A stretch of DNA of 64,000 nt from Felis catus (Eukaryota). The notes beneath the pieces were generated by a model. That model worked only from the letters and a program-made list of their open reading frames with translations, did no database searches and was not told the DNA's origin. The position numbers and the translations under genes were made by a program. Where the stretch lies: the NCBI RefSeq assembly GCF_018350175.1, contig NC_058368.1, forward strand, positions 1,426,001-1,490,000, in the 5' to 3' direction. Within the stretch, counting starts at the first letter, position 1. The number at the start of each line of letters is the position of its first letter. This document shows positions 50,165 to 63,700 of the stretch, piece by piece.

Positions 50165-51919
50165 CTAAATGGAGAAAATGGGGCAGCACACAGATGAGTC
50201 CTCTGGAGAAACAACGTTCTTGCCATCACTTTCAAGCTGACTCCTTTGGAGCACAATCCCAAAATACTCTCCAAAGCTCCAGAACAGTATTTTCATTCTA
50301 CATGTGTTTCACAGGTTTTGCGTGACAAAACTGTAGCATATAAACAGATCCTGAAAAGAGAATATTTTGTAAGAGGGTCAAATACCAACTCGCTTTTTCC
50401 AGAGCTGCAATCGAGTTCCCATCTTATGTGTCAATCTCCACTGTCTTCCGTTCCCTTCCCTAAAAGCTATGTGTCACTCGCAGCTTTGGAGAAGGGGGAC
50501 CGGGTGAAGGGAAGGGAGAGAAGTAAGAGCAGGGCATTGGTGGGAAAGCACAAGAAAGGACCTTCTACATATTAGCCTGAGATCTGGACGCTAAGACTGG
50601 AGCCATCAAAAGAACTGAAGAGTCATCCTCCAAGTTTTGCCCGCCTGCAAGCCCAGCCCTGTCCAGCTTTTAATGAGTTCATAAAAATGACATCCTTTGA
50701 TGAAATGCAGCTTAGAACCGGTGCTGTTTGCAAGGTGGGGCCCTGGAATCTTCTGCAAATGTGGACTGCAAAGCAAGAGGCAAGCTCTCATGTGTTCAGG
50801 TCAGACGTCAGATTGGCCATCTGCGTTACTTGGCCTTTCTTTGCACAGCCTCGACCTCTCACGGCTTTTGGAATGAGCAGGACGCATAAGGACATGCGTG
50901 CGTGATCCAGGAGGCCACGGCCAGTTGAGTCTCCATCCGAGGATATCTTCACCTTGGGCAATTCAGCTGTCAGAAGGCAAATGGGGGTGGGGGTGGGGGG
51001 AGGGGGAGGGGGAAGGCCGTCAGATTTCCCCCTGGGTCTTTGCTGGTCAGACTGCTAGAATTACTGTGAAGTCTCCAGTTCCTTTTTCCTGACTGGTTTC
51101 TTTCACACAGAGCACAGTGAAGACAGATGCTCCTGCCTCACAGCTAGGCCACGTCTACCTTCCGTTAAGAAGCCACCGAGTGCGCGTGCGTGGCTGACAC
51201 CTCTTCCCTGGGCAGCCTTGCTGGCCCCCAGTCCCCAGCCGGAGGGGAGGACGGAGCGCTCTGCTGTGGAAATCGCAGTTCTGCCCACACCCCCAGAGGC
51301 ACACCAGGCACGTGCACCCACCCGGCCCCCAGGAACAGGCTCACACAAGTGGCCCACCCTACCCCACCTCTTTTGCTCTGGAGCAAATCCTGTCCTTCCC
51401 TTGGAAGGACTGTCTGTTGTCCTGTTGAGAGGCTGTCCCTGTGGCAGAGGAAAGCTTTCATCACAGGGCTTCACCAGGCCCTCTGGCCAAGGAGGAGGCT
51501 TGTTTGGCCTCTAGGCAGCCCCGGGAGGTCTGGGCTAGGCTCTCCCCGCTCAGGAACTGGAGGCTAGAGCCCGCCCCTGCTGTCCCTCCTCCTCCTCCTC
51601 CAGGGACTCTGCAACATCGCTACTTTCCAGACTTCAGAGTCACCCACAAGGTTGAGCGAGGAAGCAGATTTGTTTCCTCTACCTCCATCACTGCATCAGC
51701 CGCCGAGGGAGAAAACACCGGTGTCTCAGGTCCCTGGGGGTGCTTGGACCACCACGGCGGTGTTGGGGAAGGGACCAGGAAGGGGCTGGGGCCAAAGAAC
51801 CAAAAAGAGCCACCCACGAAGGGCAAGTACCATTTAGGCATGCCTGAGAAACTCTGTTTGAAAGAACTGCTTTCCATCTAGTTTTGTGTGTGTGGGAGGG
51901 GGGGGGGTGGTAAACAAAC

Positions 51920-52500
51920 AAAGATGTGCATGAACCTACACATGTGGTTTAGAGAAGAATTACAAAGCACGCCTCGCCCCCACCTGCCAACACCGCCATG
52001 CTGGTCTTCCTGGCTGCGTCCTCCTCCCTCCCTCCTGGAGGCAAACATCCAGATTCTGTAGTAACTATTTCTCTACTTTTAAGATTTGCCATCTATGTTT
52101 ATGTTCCTGAAGCAGAGTTTGCTTTTTGCCTATCTTCCTCTTCAAAACGGACTCACGCTGTGCATTCTTCTGTGGCTTGCTTCCTTCACTCCACTCGATG
52201 CTTTTGAGCTTTACCTGCGTTGTGTGCAGCTGCGGTCTGGCCTCCCTTGTTGACATATAAAATCACAGTTTACTAATCCAACCTACTGCTCACGAATATT
52301 TGGGAACATTCTTGTTCCTGGCCCGTGGGGCATGCATCCAAGAGGAGAGCGGCTGTCCTACGGCACACAGGGCTTCGACTCGACTGGATGATGCGAGGTG
52401 CTTTCCAGGGGGGTTGTACCCGTGCTCATCGCCTCCGGCATCGTATGTGGGTCCCCGTCGCTCTCGGCAACCTCTCCAACACTTGATGGTGTCACCCTTG
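51920..52500 (-). mobile_element. Old L1ME-like 3' remnant
   Basis: ttcttctgtggcttgcttccttcactc..cacagtttactaatcca pattern. Confidence 0.5.
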
Positions 52501-53920
52501 CAAGGCGCCGCTAGTCTGCTGGGCTATCTATCCCGCTGTCTCACCAGGTTTCCTATCCGTTTGAAATCATCCTACCAAATGTTCAGCTGGACTGCTAAGG
52601 AGACCAAATTAACTGATTCAGTTTACTCAAATGCCAACAAGTTTTACCCCTCTTCGCTTCTGGTAGCAAAGCTTTTAAGTGGGGAGGGGGCAGCAACAAG
52701 GAGGCAATGCTACACAAAAGGTCCAGAGTAATGTCCGGAACTGTCGAGAAACCGATTGTTGAAAGGACTCCCCCGCCTTCCTCTCCCTCCTCACCCAGCT
52801 CTCAGGGCCGGAAGGGTGGCTTTGGGTCCCCTCCCCAGGCTGCCTAAAAGCATTTGCTGTAGCATTCCTGCACCCTGTGAGCTCAGGACTGCTGTGAAAG
52901 GCAGCCAGGCGAGAGCTCTGCAGACTCTCCTTCGCCCTCCCTCGGGGTCCAGGTCAACATCCCGAACAGCCTCAAGGAGTGCTTGTCAAGGGACAAGGAG
53001 TGCTGTGTCCCTACAGCACTCAGACTGTAAAGGATGCAAATACGGACGCTACCTGCCACTTGCAATGCTTTTCGCCTCTGCTGTCTTCCTCTAAATACTG
53101 TGTTCAGCTGACTTCTGAAGGGCTTCAAAATACCCCAAAAGTGAGCCACCCACGAGTAGTAATTTTTGATCTGTAAGTATGTGAGCTAACAGTGACTCCG
53201 ACTAAATAAAGCCTTAGAAGGATTCTCCACACTACGGTACCACAAGGGGGGCGGGGGCAGCCACACTCTCCTCCAATTCCCAAATGTTCTCCAAAATGAC
53301 CATCTGTGTCTTATCAGTTACTCTTCATTAGTTGAACAAATGGGAAGAGGGAAAGAGTTTTAATATCTTCTCTTCCCAAATCCTTCTCTCTGCCCCATCT
53401 GGATTTTCTGAGGTAGATTCTCTAAGTTTGAGTCTTTACCCAGAAGCCAAATACAGAGAAAACAAATGGTCCTAAGTAGTCATGCAGCTGCACTCAGCAC
53501 TGAGCCAAAGGCTCACACGAGGGCATTTTGCGGCTCAGAGCGCTTAATTTTGTGGTTAAGCTCCACTCCACCCGGGTCCTTAGTGACATCTGTGGTCTTG
53601 ATGCTAATATTCTCGATAATAATTACAACTGATAATCACAGTGGCAGAAAGAGGTGCTTGAGTTGGTCATACTGAGCTGACAGTCAGTTCCTTGGGAACA
53701 GGTGGCAAGCTGCACGCCCGTTTGAAGAGTGAAAGCCTGCCCCACGCTGGCGTGTCTGTGCCTCAACGAACATCCGTCAGTACAGACATCAGCACTTCCT
53801 CCATTCTGTGGCGAAATTCTCAAGTCACACGGACAAAGAAAAGCCCCGAGTGGTTGAAAGATCCCAAAAACTCATACAGAGCAACGAACACTAGACCCCT
53901 GTCAGTTTAAAATCTGGTTT

Positions 53921-54365
53921 GCGGGCACCTGGGGGGCTCAACCTGTTGAGCGTCTGATTCTTGATTTCGGCTCAGGTCATGATCTCAGGATCATGGGACC
54001 GAGCCCCGTGTCCAGCTCTGAGCTGAGTGTGGAGCCTGCTTGGGATTCTCTCTCTCCCCCTCTCCCCCCACCCCCCACCCCCGCTTGCTCTTTTCCTCTC
54101 TCTCTCTCTCTAAAATTAAACCACAGGAGCACCTGGGGGGCTCAGTCAGTTAAGCGTCTGACTTCGGCTCAGGTCATGATCTCACGGTTCATGGGTTTGA
54201 GCCCCGCGTCGGGCTCTGTGCCTACAGCTCAGAGCCTGGAGCCTGCTGCAGATTCTGTGTCTCCCTCTCTCTGCCCCTCCCCTGCTCACACTCTGTCTCT
54301 GTCTCTGTCTCTCTCTCCCAAAAAATAAACATTAAAAAAAAATTTTAAAAAAAAAGAAAGAAAGA
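53921..54365 (+). mobile_element. Two tandem Can-SINEs (53921-54120 and 54126-54365)
   Basis: Two heads, two (CT)-rich tracts and tails. Confidence 0.9.
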
Positions 54366-54409
54366 AAACGCAAGATACCATGATACAAACTGTAAGTACA
54401 AGTAAAGTT

Positions 54410-54750
54410 TTGGGGACGCATCAGGCAGGATCCCACCAGAGAGAGAGAACTCATAGGTTATATACACGTAAAGACATTTATTTCGAGGAACAGGCCTGTG
54501 TGATTGAGGGCGCTGATACGTCTGAAATCTGCAGCAGGAGCTAAGGGTGGGAACCTCAGTTCTGCTCTTAAGGCCTTTCAATCGATTGCAGGAAGCCTTC
54601 CCAGGGGATTGAGAAAAATCTCCTGTACTTAAAGCCAACGGATTATAGAAGTTAAACTAATCACATTTACAAAATATCTTCATAGCAACATCGAGCCTAT
54701 GTTTGACTGAATATGTGGGCACTCTGGCCCAGCCAACATGGCCCTCACCA
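54410..54750 (-). mobile_element. MLT2-type LTR remnant
   Basis: gctcttaaggcctttcaa..tacttaaagccaacggatt..aatcacatttacaaaatatcttcatagcaacatc..tgtttgactgaat. Confidence 0.75.
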
Positions 54751-56244
54751 GTGGACACAAGTTCAAGGCATGGTCCTCACCTTCAGATGGCTTGGATCTA
54801 GCCTCTGTTTGTGAGGCGGGGAAAGGAGAGAAGACACATCGAATGGCCCGCAGTAGGCAAAAGGGTGATCCGGTTTTCTGGACAAGGAAGAAGAAGGGGT
54901 CTGGCAGTACTGAGGCATGAATCTCCTGGGACGACTTCCCCTACTGATTAGCAGCTACACACAGTTATTCTTCCTTCTCGCTGATCGTCCCATTGTCATA
55001 TTAAATTTTGATTGGATTCACGTATTTTTCGCACGCCCTCACTTTCATTTACTTTTCTCATTTTTCTTCATGCCGCCTTTCCTTGCCATCTTCCACTTCT
55101 TTTTTTACTAATCTCCAGCTTCTGCTTTTCTTCTGTTTTGTGCTGCTCTACTTTTCACCATACCCAGACCTGAATTTTCAGGTTTTTCTTGTGCAAACAC
55201 TGCTTTAACTTGGCCGCCGCCACCATCACCACCAGGAACACAGACACACTACGGAGGAACCCGCGCTAGGCCATGCACAAGTCCTCTGCCCCTCCCAATC
55301 AGAGCTGTTGAGGCCTCGATCCACTGTCTCAACTGAAAACCAAGAGCCAGAAAAAAGGCTTATCTTAGGAAAATGTCATAGTGAAAAGCAACAAAAGAGG
55401 GCACGAAGGGGCCAGTGGGCTTCTTTTATTTTACCATGACTCTGGTCAGAGAGGCCAAGGAGCAGGGGTTACAGAATGAGAGCCCACCTCAATCTCTAAT
55501 TAGAGCAAGGACGGGACAGAGGTAAACCTCAGTGAGCTCCCCGCCTGCAAAGACGTTTTGGGGATGGGCTACACGAGGATAATCACTGACGTGGAAATAA
55601 CTCAAGTAGGAGCGAGGGGTTCTGGACTCTCTTTTTTTAGAAACCTCCAACTCAAGTCCTGGTGACTGCTAGAGAAAGTAATAGAGATTTTGAAGTGTAA
55701 ATTAAGAACTATCATGCTGGTTCACAGTTTTGCTCATGAGAAATGAACTAGAACCATGAGTTAGTTCCCTCCGTCCATAGACACGTATATAGTTTGGTTT
55801 TCTATACTCTTTGACAGGCATTACTTCTCCTTCATGCGACACGAACCCGGCTCTAACCATCCCCACCCGAGCAACCTTCCAGAGAGAAGGCGAGGCAAAT
55901 GCAAGATTGTAAGTGCTGAGAAACAAAAGCCTGCTAAGTGTGGCCCCACTGCTACTCAAAGGCTCGTAGCCAGCTTTGTGAGCTACTCGGCCTCTTGCCA
56001 CAACCTACAATTTTTCTTGGAAGCGAGGCATAAACATTCCTGCAGAATGACTCGGGCAAATTTTGCTAACTCGCGGTAGAGCCGACCGAACACCACATCT
56101 GGCTGATGCAATAGGACGCTGATTCATAAAACTCCCAGTGTCCAGAGCCTGCTGAGAGGGTGCTCAGGGGAAAGGAGACGAGGGGGACAAGGCGGACCAT
56201 ACCGGGTAGGTGGTGACAGGTTACCACTTCACAAACCAGGTAAG

Positions 56245-56368
56245 TTTGTGAGGTCGAGCCCCGCGTCGGGCTCTGTGCTGACGGCTCAGAGCCTGGAGCC
56301 TGCTTCGGTTCTGTGTCTCCCTCCCTCTGCCCTTCCCCCACTCGAATGAACGTTAAAAAAATTTTTAA
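56245..56368 (+). mobile_element. 5'-truncated Can-SINE
   Basis: gtcgagccccgcgtcgggctctgtgctgacggctcagagcctggagcc. Confidence 0.9.
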
Positions 56369-56694
56369 ATGAAATGTCAGGAAGCCATTAAAAATGGAAA
56401 CTCAAGAAGTACCCTTAATAGAAACTAGACAGGAACACAGAAAAATAAAAGCAGTTGATTGCTTTAGGGTAGGGGAAACGTAAGTGGTATTTTTTCCCTT
56501 TGAATATTCTTCAAATTCAAGTGTTTAAATGGAACCAAACAAAAAACAGGAAAGAGAAAGACAGGAAAGACTTTGTCCTAATACAAGGGATGCTGAAGAA
56601 CTCTTTAGGCCCCAGGGAGCAATAATTCCCTGGTGTGTCTTTTCCTACTGTGCTGTGCTTATAACAATGCTTTCAGGAAGAAAAACAGTAGTAT

Positions 56695-56714
56695 TTTTTT
56701 TAATGTTTGTTTGT

Positions 56715-56762
<48 letters not shown>

Positions 56763-56961
56763 ATTGTTATTTATCTTTGAGACAGAGACAGAGCAAGAGC
56801 AGGAGAGGGGCAGAGAGAGAGAAGGAGACACAGAATCCGAAGCAGGCTCCAGGCTCTGAGCTGTCGGCACAGAGCCCGACCTGGGGTCAAACTCACAAAC
56901 TGCAAGGTCATGACCTGAGCCAAAGTCGGACACTTAACCGACTGAGCCACCCAGGCGCCCC
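56695..56961 (-). mobile_element. Feliform Can-SINE with (TTTA)n tail microsatellite
   Basis: Reverse-complement SINE. Confidence 0.95.
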
Positions 56962-58027
56962 GTCAATAGTATTAAAGATTCTGAAAGAAAAGGAAGAGAC
57001 TTGACCTGAGAACAAACACAGCAGAAGGAATCCCCCCTTCTGTGCAAACGTTACGTGTGCAAGGGCAGTGGTCCTCAGGGGAAAAAGTGTTCACAAAGAG
57101 GTTTGTGAACACAGAGGAGTGTACGTGCCCCATCCAGGACCAGAAGCACAGCCCAGGCCCGTCTCTGCCTGCCCCTCCTTTGCAATTCCAGCAGTTTCCT
57201 GCTCCCATGTCCCCGGTCACAGGCTGGCCTGCCCAGCGTCTGCCTGCCCCTCACGAAGGAGGCCGGGTCACAAGGCTGCACAATTTGTCACCTGCATCCT
57301 CCCTTCTCCACCTTTTCTCTTGGGATCCCCCTCCCCCCTTCTCTCCTCCTTTCTCCCCTCTATTCCACTGTCTGTTAACTTTCCAGCTCACACTGGGGGA
57401 GCTGAGATCCAGCATGTGTCCTGACTGATTACCTGATGGCGATGATAAGTAGGGTAAGAGCATTTTCGTTGAGTTTTTTTTAAGGGTTGTTAAAGTACTA
57501 GCATTGAAGCTTTTACTTTAAACACTATTAAAGTGATCCAGGCATGCCAAGCAGGTTGTTAAAAAATGGAGTATGTGGTTGATGTTTTCATTATGTTTGT
57601 CTGTTAATAGGTCTGGAGGTGTCTCTAAAGTAAATGAGTGGGAGCTCTCCTTTCATTAGGGCTCTGCTGCTTGCCAATGTGGCTGCTCAAAGCAACCTCC
57701 CATAAAACAGTAAATAAATCCTATCATAAAAACCGTCGACTTCTTACAGACCATCGCAACTAGAAGGAATTCTAATTAACTGATGAGTCCCAGCCAGCAA
57801 ATAAAGCTTTCAGAGGAAAGAAAACTCCAGTTTCCTCAGTGGCTTCCGTCTTCCCTGGACTGCTCTGGAGAGAAGGCATCCCAACCTACGAAGCTTCTTC
57901 AGTGTGTCCACGGCTGACTCTGAGACGCTCATGATGTCAGACAGAAGCTCAGGAGAGTGGAGACGGCCGGAGCTCCACGCACAGGGGGGCCCACGGCCCC
58001 CCCACTCCCACATGCTCCGAGATGTCG

Positions 58028-58107
58028 CCCTGCATTGGGCTCTGCACTGGGGCCTGCTTGAGGTTCTCTCCTTCTCCCTCTGCCCCTCCCCCGCTTGCAC
58101 ACACCCG

Positions 58108-58152
<45 letters not shown>

Positions 58153-58178
58153 GTAAACAAACAAACAAACAAACAAAC
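58028..58178 (+). mobile_element. Partial Can-SINE with (CT)n and (CAAA)n
   Basis: gggctctgcact..cctgcttgaggttctctc..ctgcccctcccc. Confidence 0.8.
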
Positions 58179-60078
58179 ACTTGCTGAGTCATGGGTGTGG
58201 CTTCTGGTACAGTCCTGGGGCATAGCCTTAGTGTCCTTTGAGGGCTGCAATATGGATGGAAAGCACTGCCTTCTCCTGGGATCTCTGAACAAGCCACTGC
58301 TAGGAAGCTCTCTGAATTTAAGCCAAGATGAAAGCAGGTCTCAACCAATCTGGAAAATGGTCCTGGTAAAGGAGGTGATGCACATGCTCCAAAGGTCCTG
58401 CACTCCCAATACATGCCAGCAAGTCCCACTGAGAAAGGGAACGGAGCCCAAGAAAACGACAGTTGTGACAGATCCGTGACCGCCTTTGGGAAAACTTTAC
58501 GGGGTACAAGAGCTAACAGAAAGCCAAGAGAGCTGTTCAATGTCTTTGGGTGACGAGCTTGCTGCCACAGAGAGGCTCTGGAAGGCAAAAGGTAGGCCAG
58601 GAGGCCACAGGGACAGTGGACCCAGGGCGTGCGAATGAGGTGGAAAGGTGAGCGTGCTTCAGGTGCTGGAGGGGTGGGAGACCGTTCCTTCAGCCTCATC
58701 AATACCGAGGTCTGGGCTCTATTCGCAAGAGGTCGAACAAAAATGCAGAAATGGCAGAAAACTGTCTTAAGAAAAAGTTCTGCTGGGCGAATTTTGCCCT
58801 GGTGAGAAAGTTAAAAGAAATGCACAGAACAGGCCACACTGCGGAAGGGAAGCTGGAGGACCCCGTGCACGCTGTGCCTAAAGCCGAGTGGATGAGCACA
58901 AAAGAAGGAAGGACAGTGCGAGGCAGGCGAGGGCATGGCAAGACCCAGGGCAGGACGGGAAATGAGAGGGAACCTTCCTGTGTGAGGCCAGGAGACCAGC
59001 CCAAGGCTGGTCGCTGAAGGGAGGCCCAGGCCAGGAATGAACTAGGCAGAGGGAGGTGGTGTCACCTCTGGAAGGACACGAGGCCCAGGGCAGGAGGCAG
59101 AAGTTCCCGGACCCCACACTCGGCCAATAGGACTGCTGCAGGCCGGTTCCTTTCAACCACAAGGAGGTTCAGTCAGACTCTTTATCCATTATCATTTTAA
59201 TTTAAAAAAAAAAAAAAAACTAAAATTTTCAGTTTGAACTTTAAAACACATACGATGTAGAAAGCCCTACGGTCGAGGGTGTGGCACAGAGGGCAGAACC
59301 CTGGGTCTTTCTGGGCTCCTTTAGTTTCCCTTTGCATGACCGCCTTCTACGTGACTCTTCTTGCCAGGTACAGAGGCAGATGTCGTCAATGTCTGAACCG
59401 TAATATTTTGCTCAATCAAGCCTCAGCTTTTTCCTGCTGGACACATTCCAGCTGAGCTGTAGCCTGGAGCAGTCGACAGCATTTCCAACACCTTCCCTCC
59501 AAAGAAAAATCGCTCACACAACCCCACCTTCCCACTGCCTGGAAGCCACTGCTTTGAACATGCTTTCTCTTGTCGAGCCTCTCAAGCCACAAGACCACGG
59601 TTGCCTTTCCTGGTCCCAGAGCCCGCGGAACAAGTGACAGCCTGATTCTGCTCTATTTCCTTCTTTTTGGCCTTGCTTCCCTGTCTTGTACTGCTTTTCT
59701 TCCAGAGAGAAGGCTGAGGGATTGGCAGGGAATGAACATACTTGGTCACAGGGGGACATTTATGGAAAAGAGCCATCAGTGAAACTACGGGTGTCCCCAG
59801 GCTGCCAAGGAACTATAGGCCACGGATATACGGCTTCCCACGCAGAATGCTGGACGTGTGGGAAGTAAAGTTCCTGAGAATTAATGTGAACTTGGAGAAT
59901 GGAACCTACATTAATATTGGTCCATAAAAGGAGAGCAGAAATCCGATGACTGGCCACTTCCCCATGATCACAGCACATGTGAGACATGTACGAGGTACTT
60001 ATAGTAGAACACTTACGATCTGGGGCCATCTTTCCCCATCAGTTCCCCTGTGTGTCTCTCATTCCATAGAAAAAGCAT

Positions 60079-60315
60079 GGGGCGCCTGGGTGGCGCAGTC
60101 AGTTAAGCGTCCGACTTCAGCCAGGTCACGATCTCGCGGTCCGGGAGTTCGAGCCCCGCGTCAGGCTCTGGGCTGATGGCTCAGAGCCTGGAGCCTGTTT
60201 CTGATTCTGTGTCTCCCTCTCTCTCTGCCCCTCCCCCGTTCATGATCTGTCTCTCTCTGTCCCAAAATAAATAAAAAACGTTGAAAAAAAAAATTAAAAA
60301 AAAAAAAAAAAAGAA
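60079..60315 (+). mobile_element. Young feliform Can-SINE, TSD agaaaaagc, long A-tail
   Basis: Near-consensus. Confidence 0.95.
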
Positions 60316-61409
60316 AGAAAAAGCTTGCTGTACGTTCTCAACGAAGCAGTTCACGACAAGGCAGGCGGCTCGTTCAGCTGGCCGACAACACAAGACCAGG
60401 AGCACAGGTCACGGGTGCACCTGATTTGCAAACACCGGGATGCTGCTCCATTCGGTGTCACTCCCGGAGAGACATGCCTCTGTTCCCACAGGCCCATGAC
60501 TAGTCAGAGGAAAACCTGGCCACAGTTTGCATCCCTGCTCCGGAAATCAAAAGGCTACAGGCCGGTGCGGATGCTACGCGTGTGGCCAGCACAAGGATGA
60601 CGCCGTCTGGACATCCATGCCTGAGCCACAGGGAAGGCCAGCTTCGATCTGGAATGACCACTTCCAACTCCCAGGCAGTCACGGCCCAGCATTCTTTTCC
60701 TCCGATGTGTGTGTGTTTTCATTAAAAGTGAATTAAATCCTTTTCTTAAGTTGACTTTCACATAACTTCTGGGATAACCAGAGGTATTCACTGTCACAAA
60801 ACTAGGACTGGAAATCATAACTTATAAAGTGACCAGGTGACAGTCTCTCCACTAAGCAGAAGCTGCGTGTTTATCTACCGTGAGCCTGAGTCAGATATAG
60901 AGCATCAGACACAGAAAAACATGGAAGGAGAAAAGACAAATAAAAACGACAGCAGAATACACTATTTCTCCCTAAAATTAAGACTGCATCAACTGAAAGT
61001 TAAATTAGTATTTAATGTTCTGTTAAGGAAGAAAAATGCCGCCCATAAAACTAAGATGCTAAAATGTAAACATCTTAAGATAAAAAGTTCATCTTAAAAC
61101 AGATGAAATACAACCCATCAAGACTGTGAGGCCAGGGTCTCCCTGGGAGGGAGCGGCGGCTTCTCCGACTTCGGGCAGCATACGAAGGTCTGCAGAGTTT
61201 ATCAGAATACAGAGTCTGGTTCTGCAGGTCCGGAGTGGGATCTCAGACGGTGCATTCCTAACAGGCTCCCGGGTGAGGCCCTGCTGCCTTCCGGGAGCCC
61301 CACTTGTGTAGCCAGGATGTGAGTTTTTCAGCTCAGAGCTAACACACTGGTGGCAGCTGTGGCGTCCAAAAAAATTCCACCGGATTCAGGGAATCAGAAA
61401 ACTCTGTCA

Positions 61410-61690
61410 TCGTTACTGTCACAACAACCCATAGCACTTACTAAACCATTACCATATGCCAGGCATGTCCTAAGCCCTTTACATACATAACCCCATCCAA
61501 TCCTCATCACATCCCGATGAGAAACAGATTCACTTACAGGTGCAGACACTGAAGCACAGAAGTGACACAGCTTTGAATCCCCACCAGACTGCGGAACGTG
61601 GATCAAATCACCTAACCTCTTGAGCCAGTGTCTTAATCTGTAAGGGCAAAAATAACAATGCACCTCTCATGGTTTTAAGATGGGACGATC
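61410..61690. mobile_element. MIR remnants
   Basis: tatgccaggcatgtcctaagccctttacat..aatcctcatcacatcc; aacctcttgagccagtgtcttaatctgtaa. Confidence 0.65.
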
Positions 61691-62799
61691 TGAAAATATC
61701 TGTAAACCATGAAAAATATAAAGGAAAGTGCTTTGTAAACTTTTAAATACCATACAAACTGAAGTCACTGATGAGTAAATGATCCTCAGGGGTTCGCTGG
61801 ACTGCCTCCTAATTCCTGTGTTAGAATCTCAATAATTAAATTCCACAGGAAACCCTCAATGCGTTTATCACAAAAAGTTTCCTCGTTAATTTTACCACAC
61901 GAGATCTGAGATGTACTTTATTAACTGAACAATTCTCCATCACAGGGATTAGATTCAGATCCCATAAGCCATACCTAGCTGGCAAGAAAACAAGAACTGA
62001 ACTTCTGCAGCCCAGCGCAGGAGGAACAGAAATTCAGCCTCACGATTACATTGCTCAGAACGGTGAATAAAACCCAAGATAAGCAACTTCCAAAGCTCAT
62101 TACCAACACATTCCAACAGGCTGAGAATCTGCTGATGGCTTCGTGATTCACTCCAGCTCACCTCCACCTACCCTACCTGGATGGGGCAAGAATTTATGGG
62201 CAGTACAAGCTCAGCTATTGTCTGGGAGAGGGTTTATCATCACAACACAACTTCCTTTATTGTGATCATTAGCTTAAGAGTACTGACTTGAAATCACATT
62301 CCTGGCCAACAGGATCTTGTCCCCCAGTGACCTAATCTTGGGCTACTAGACTAGAGCCGGATTTGTCCTTCTGGCATTTCCAAGCCTACGAGGGCTGCTC
62401 CCCCCCAATTCTGAGCCAGACTGGAAGGGGAAGAATGGGGTGGGCGTCTGTGAGACAATACAACAGAACCCAGCAACCTTGTTCCCTTATATACCTCGCT
62501 CCCATCTTGTTCCCAGACAGCCCTTGTCCTTGCCGGGCATACATGGCTGTGTGGGGACAGACAAAACCACAGGCGATGACAGGACAGTATGTCATGATCT
62601 AGGCTGCCGTGAAGACAAGGTGTGTCTTATTCCCAGCACTTTCTCTTTCTGACCTGGAAATGGTGCCTGCAGCTCCTCTCCCCCTTCTCGAATGGACAGG
62701 CCTCCACAGGAGCCTCCCTTACCTTTTTCCGCCCCACCTTTCTTAGAATTTCTCCTCCACGCTTGGCTGCAAGTAGAAAAATATGCCCTCCAGTTGGTG

Positions 62800-63275
62800 A
62801 ATGAAACTGAAAACGGGAACACTATAAAGAAAATCGATGAAACAAAAAGTGGCTTCTTCAAAATAATCAGTAAAATTAACAAAGCTCTAGCAAGACTGAC
62901 AAGGATACAAAGAGAGTGGACACAAATGCCCCACATCAGGAACAAAACCAGGGATATCACTACAGACCCTGCCAACAACTTTATGCTCATGAACTCAACA
63001 ACTCAGAAGAAACGGAACAATTTCTTAAAAACCACAAACCACCAAACTCAACCAAGATGAAACAGACAGCCTGAATGGTTCTCATAACCATTAAAGAATC
63101 TGAACTTGTAATTAAAAACCTCCTGGAAGGATGCCTCGGTGGCTCAGTCAGCTGAGCGCCCGCCTCTTAATTTTGTCTCAGGTCACAATCCCAGGGTCGT
63201 GGGATCGAGGCCTGCATCGGGTTCCAAGCTCAGTGTGAAGCCTGCTTGAGATTCTCTCTCTCCCCCCACTCTCAC

Positions 63276-63322
<47 letters not shown>

Positions 63323-63700
63323 ATACCTCCCTCCTGGAAAAGAGGTTTTTCTCCAGGCCCAGGTGGTTTCACTGGAGATTTCTACCAAACATTTAAAGAA
63401 GAATTAACAAAAATGTTATAATCTCTTCCAGAAAATAGACGGAGAGAAAACTTCCCATTTTATGCATTATTACCTTGATATCTAATACAGTGTTACCTTG
63501 ATATCAAAATCAAATATAGTAAAAGAGAGAGAAAAAGGAAAACTACAAACTAATGTTTCCTCTGAACTTAGATGCAACAAAACATAAGCGAACTGACCCC
63601 AGCAACGTCTAGAAAGAATTACACATCTAGTGGTATTTATTCTAGGTCTGCAAGGCTGGTCCAACATGGGAAAATCGACCGATGTAACCTACCAGGTCGA
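62800..63700 (+). mobile_element. L1 ORF2 internal fragment with nested SINE (about 63128-63325)
   Basis: Translation KIDETKSGFFKIISKINKALARLT..IRNKTRDITTDP; ccaggcccaggtggtttcactggagatttctaccaaacatttaaagaaga. Confidence 0.9.

Noticed and set aside
57929..58702. 257-aa minus-strand ORF in a CRYL1 intron
   Set aside because: Reads through SINE microsatellites (ERERER). No match to CRYL1 or any family I recognise.
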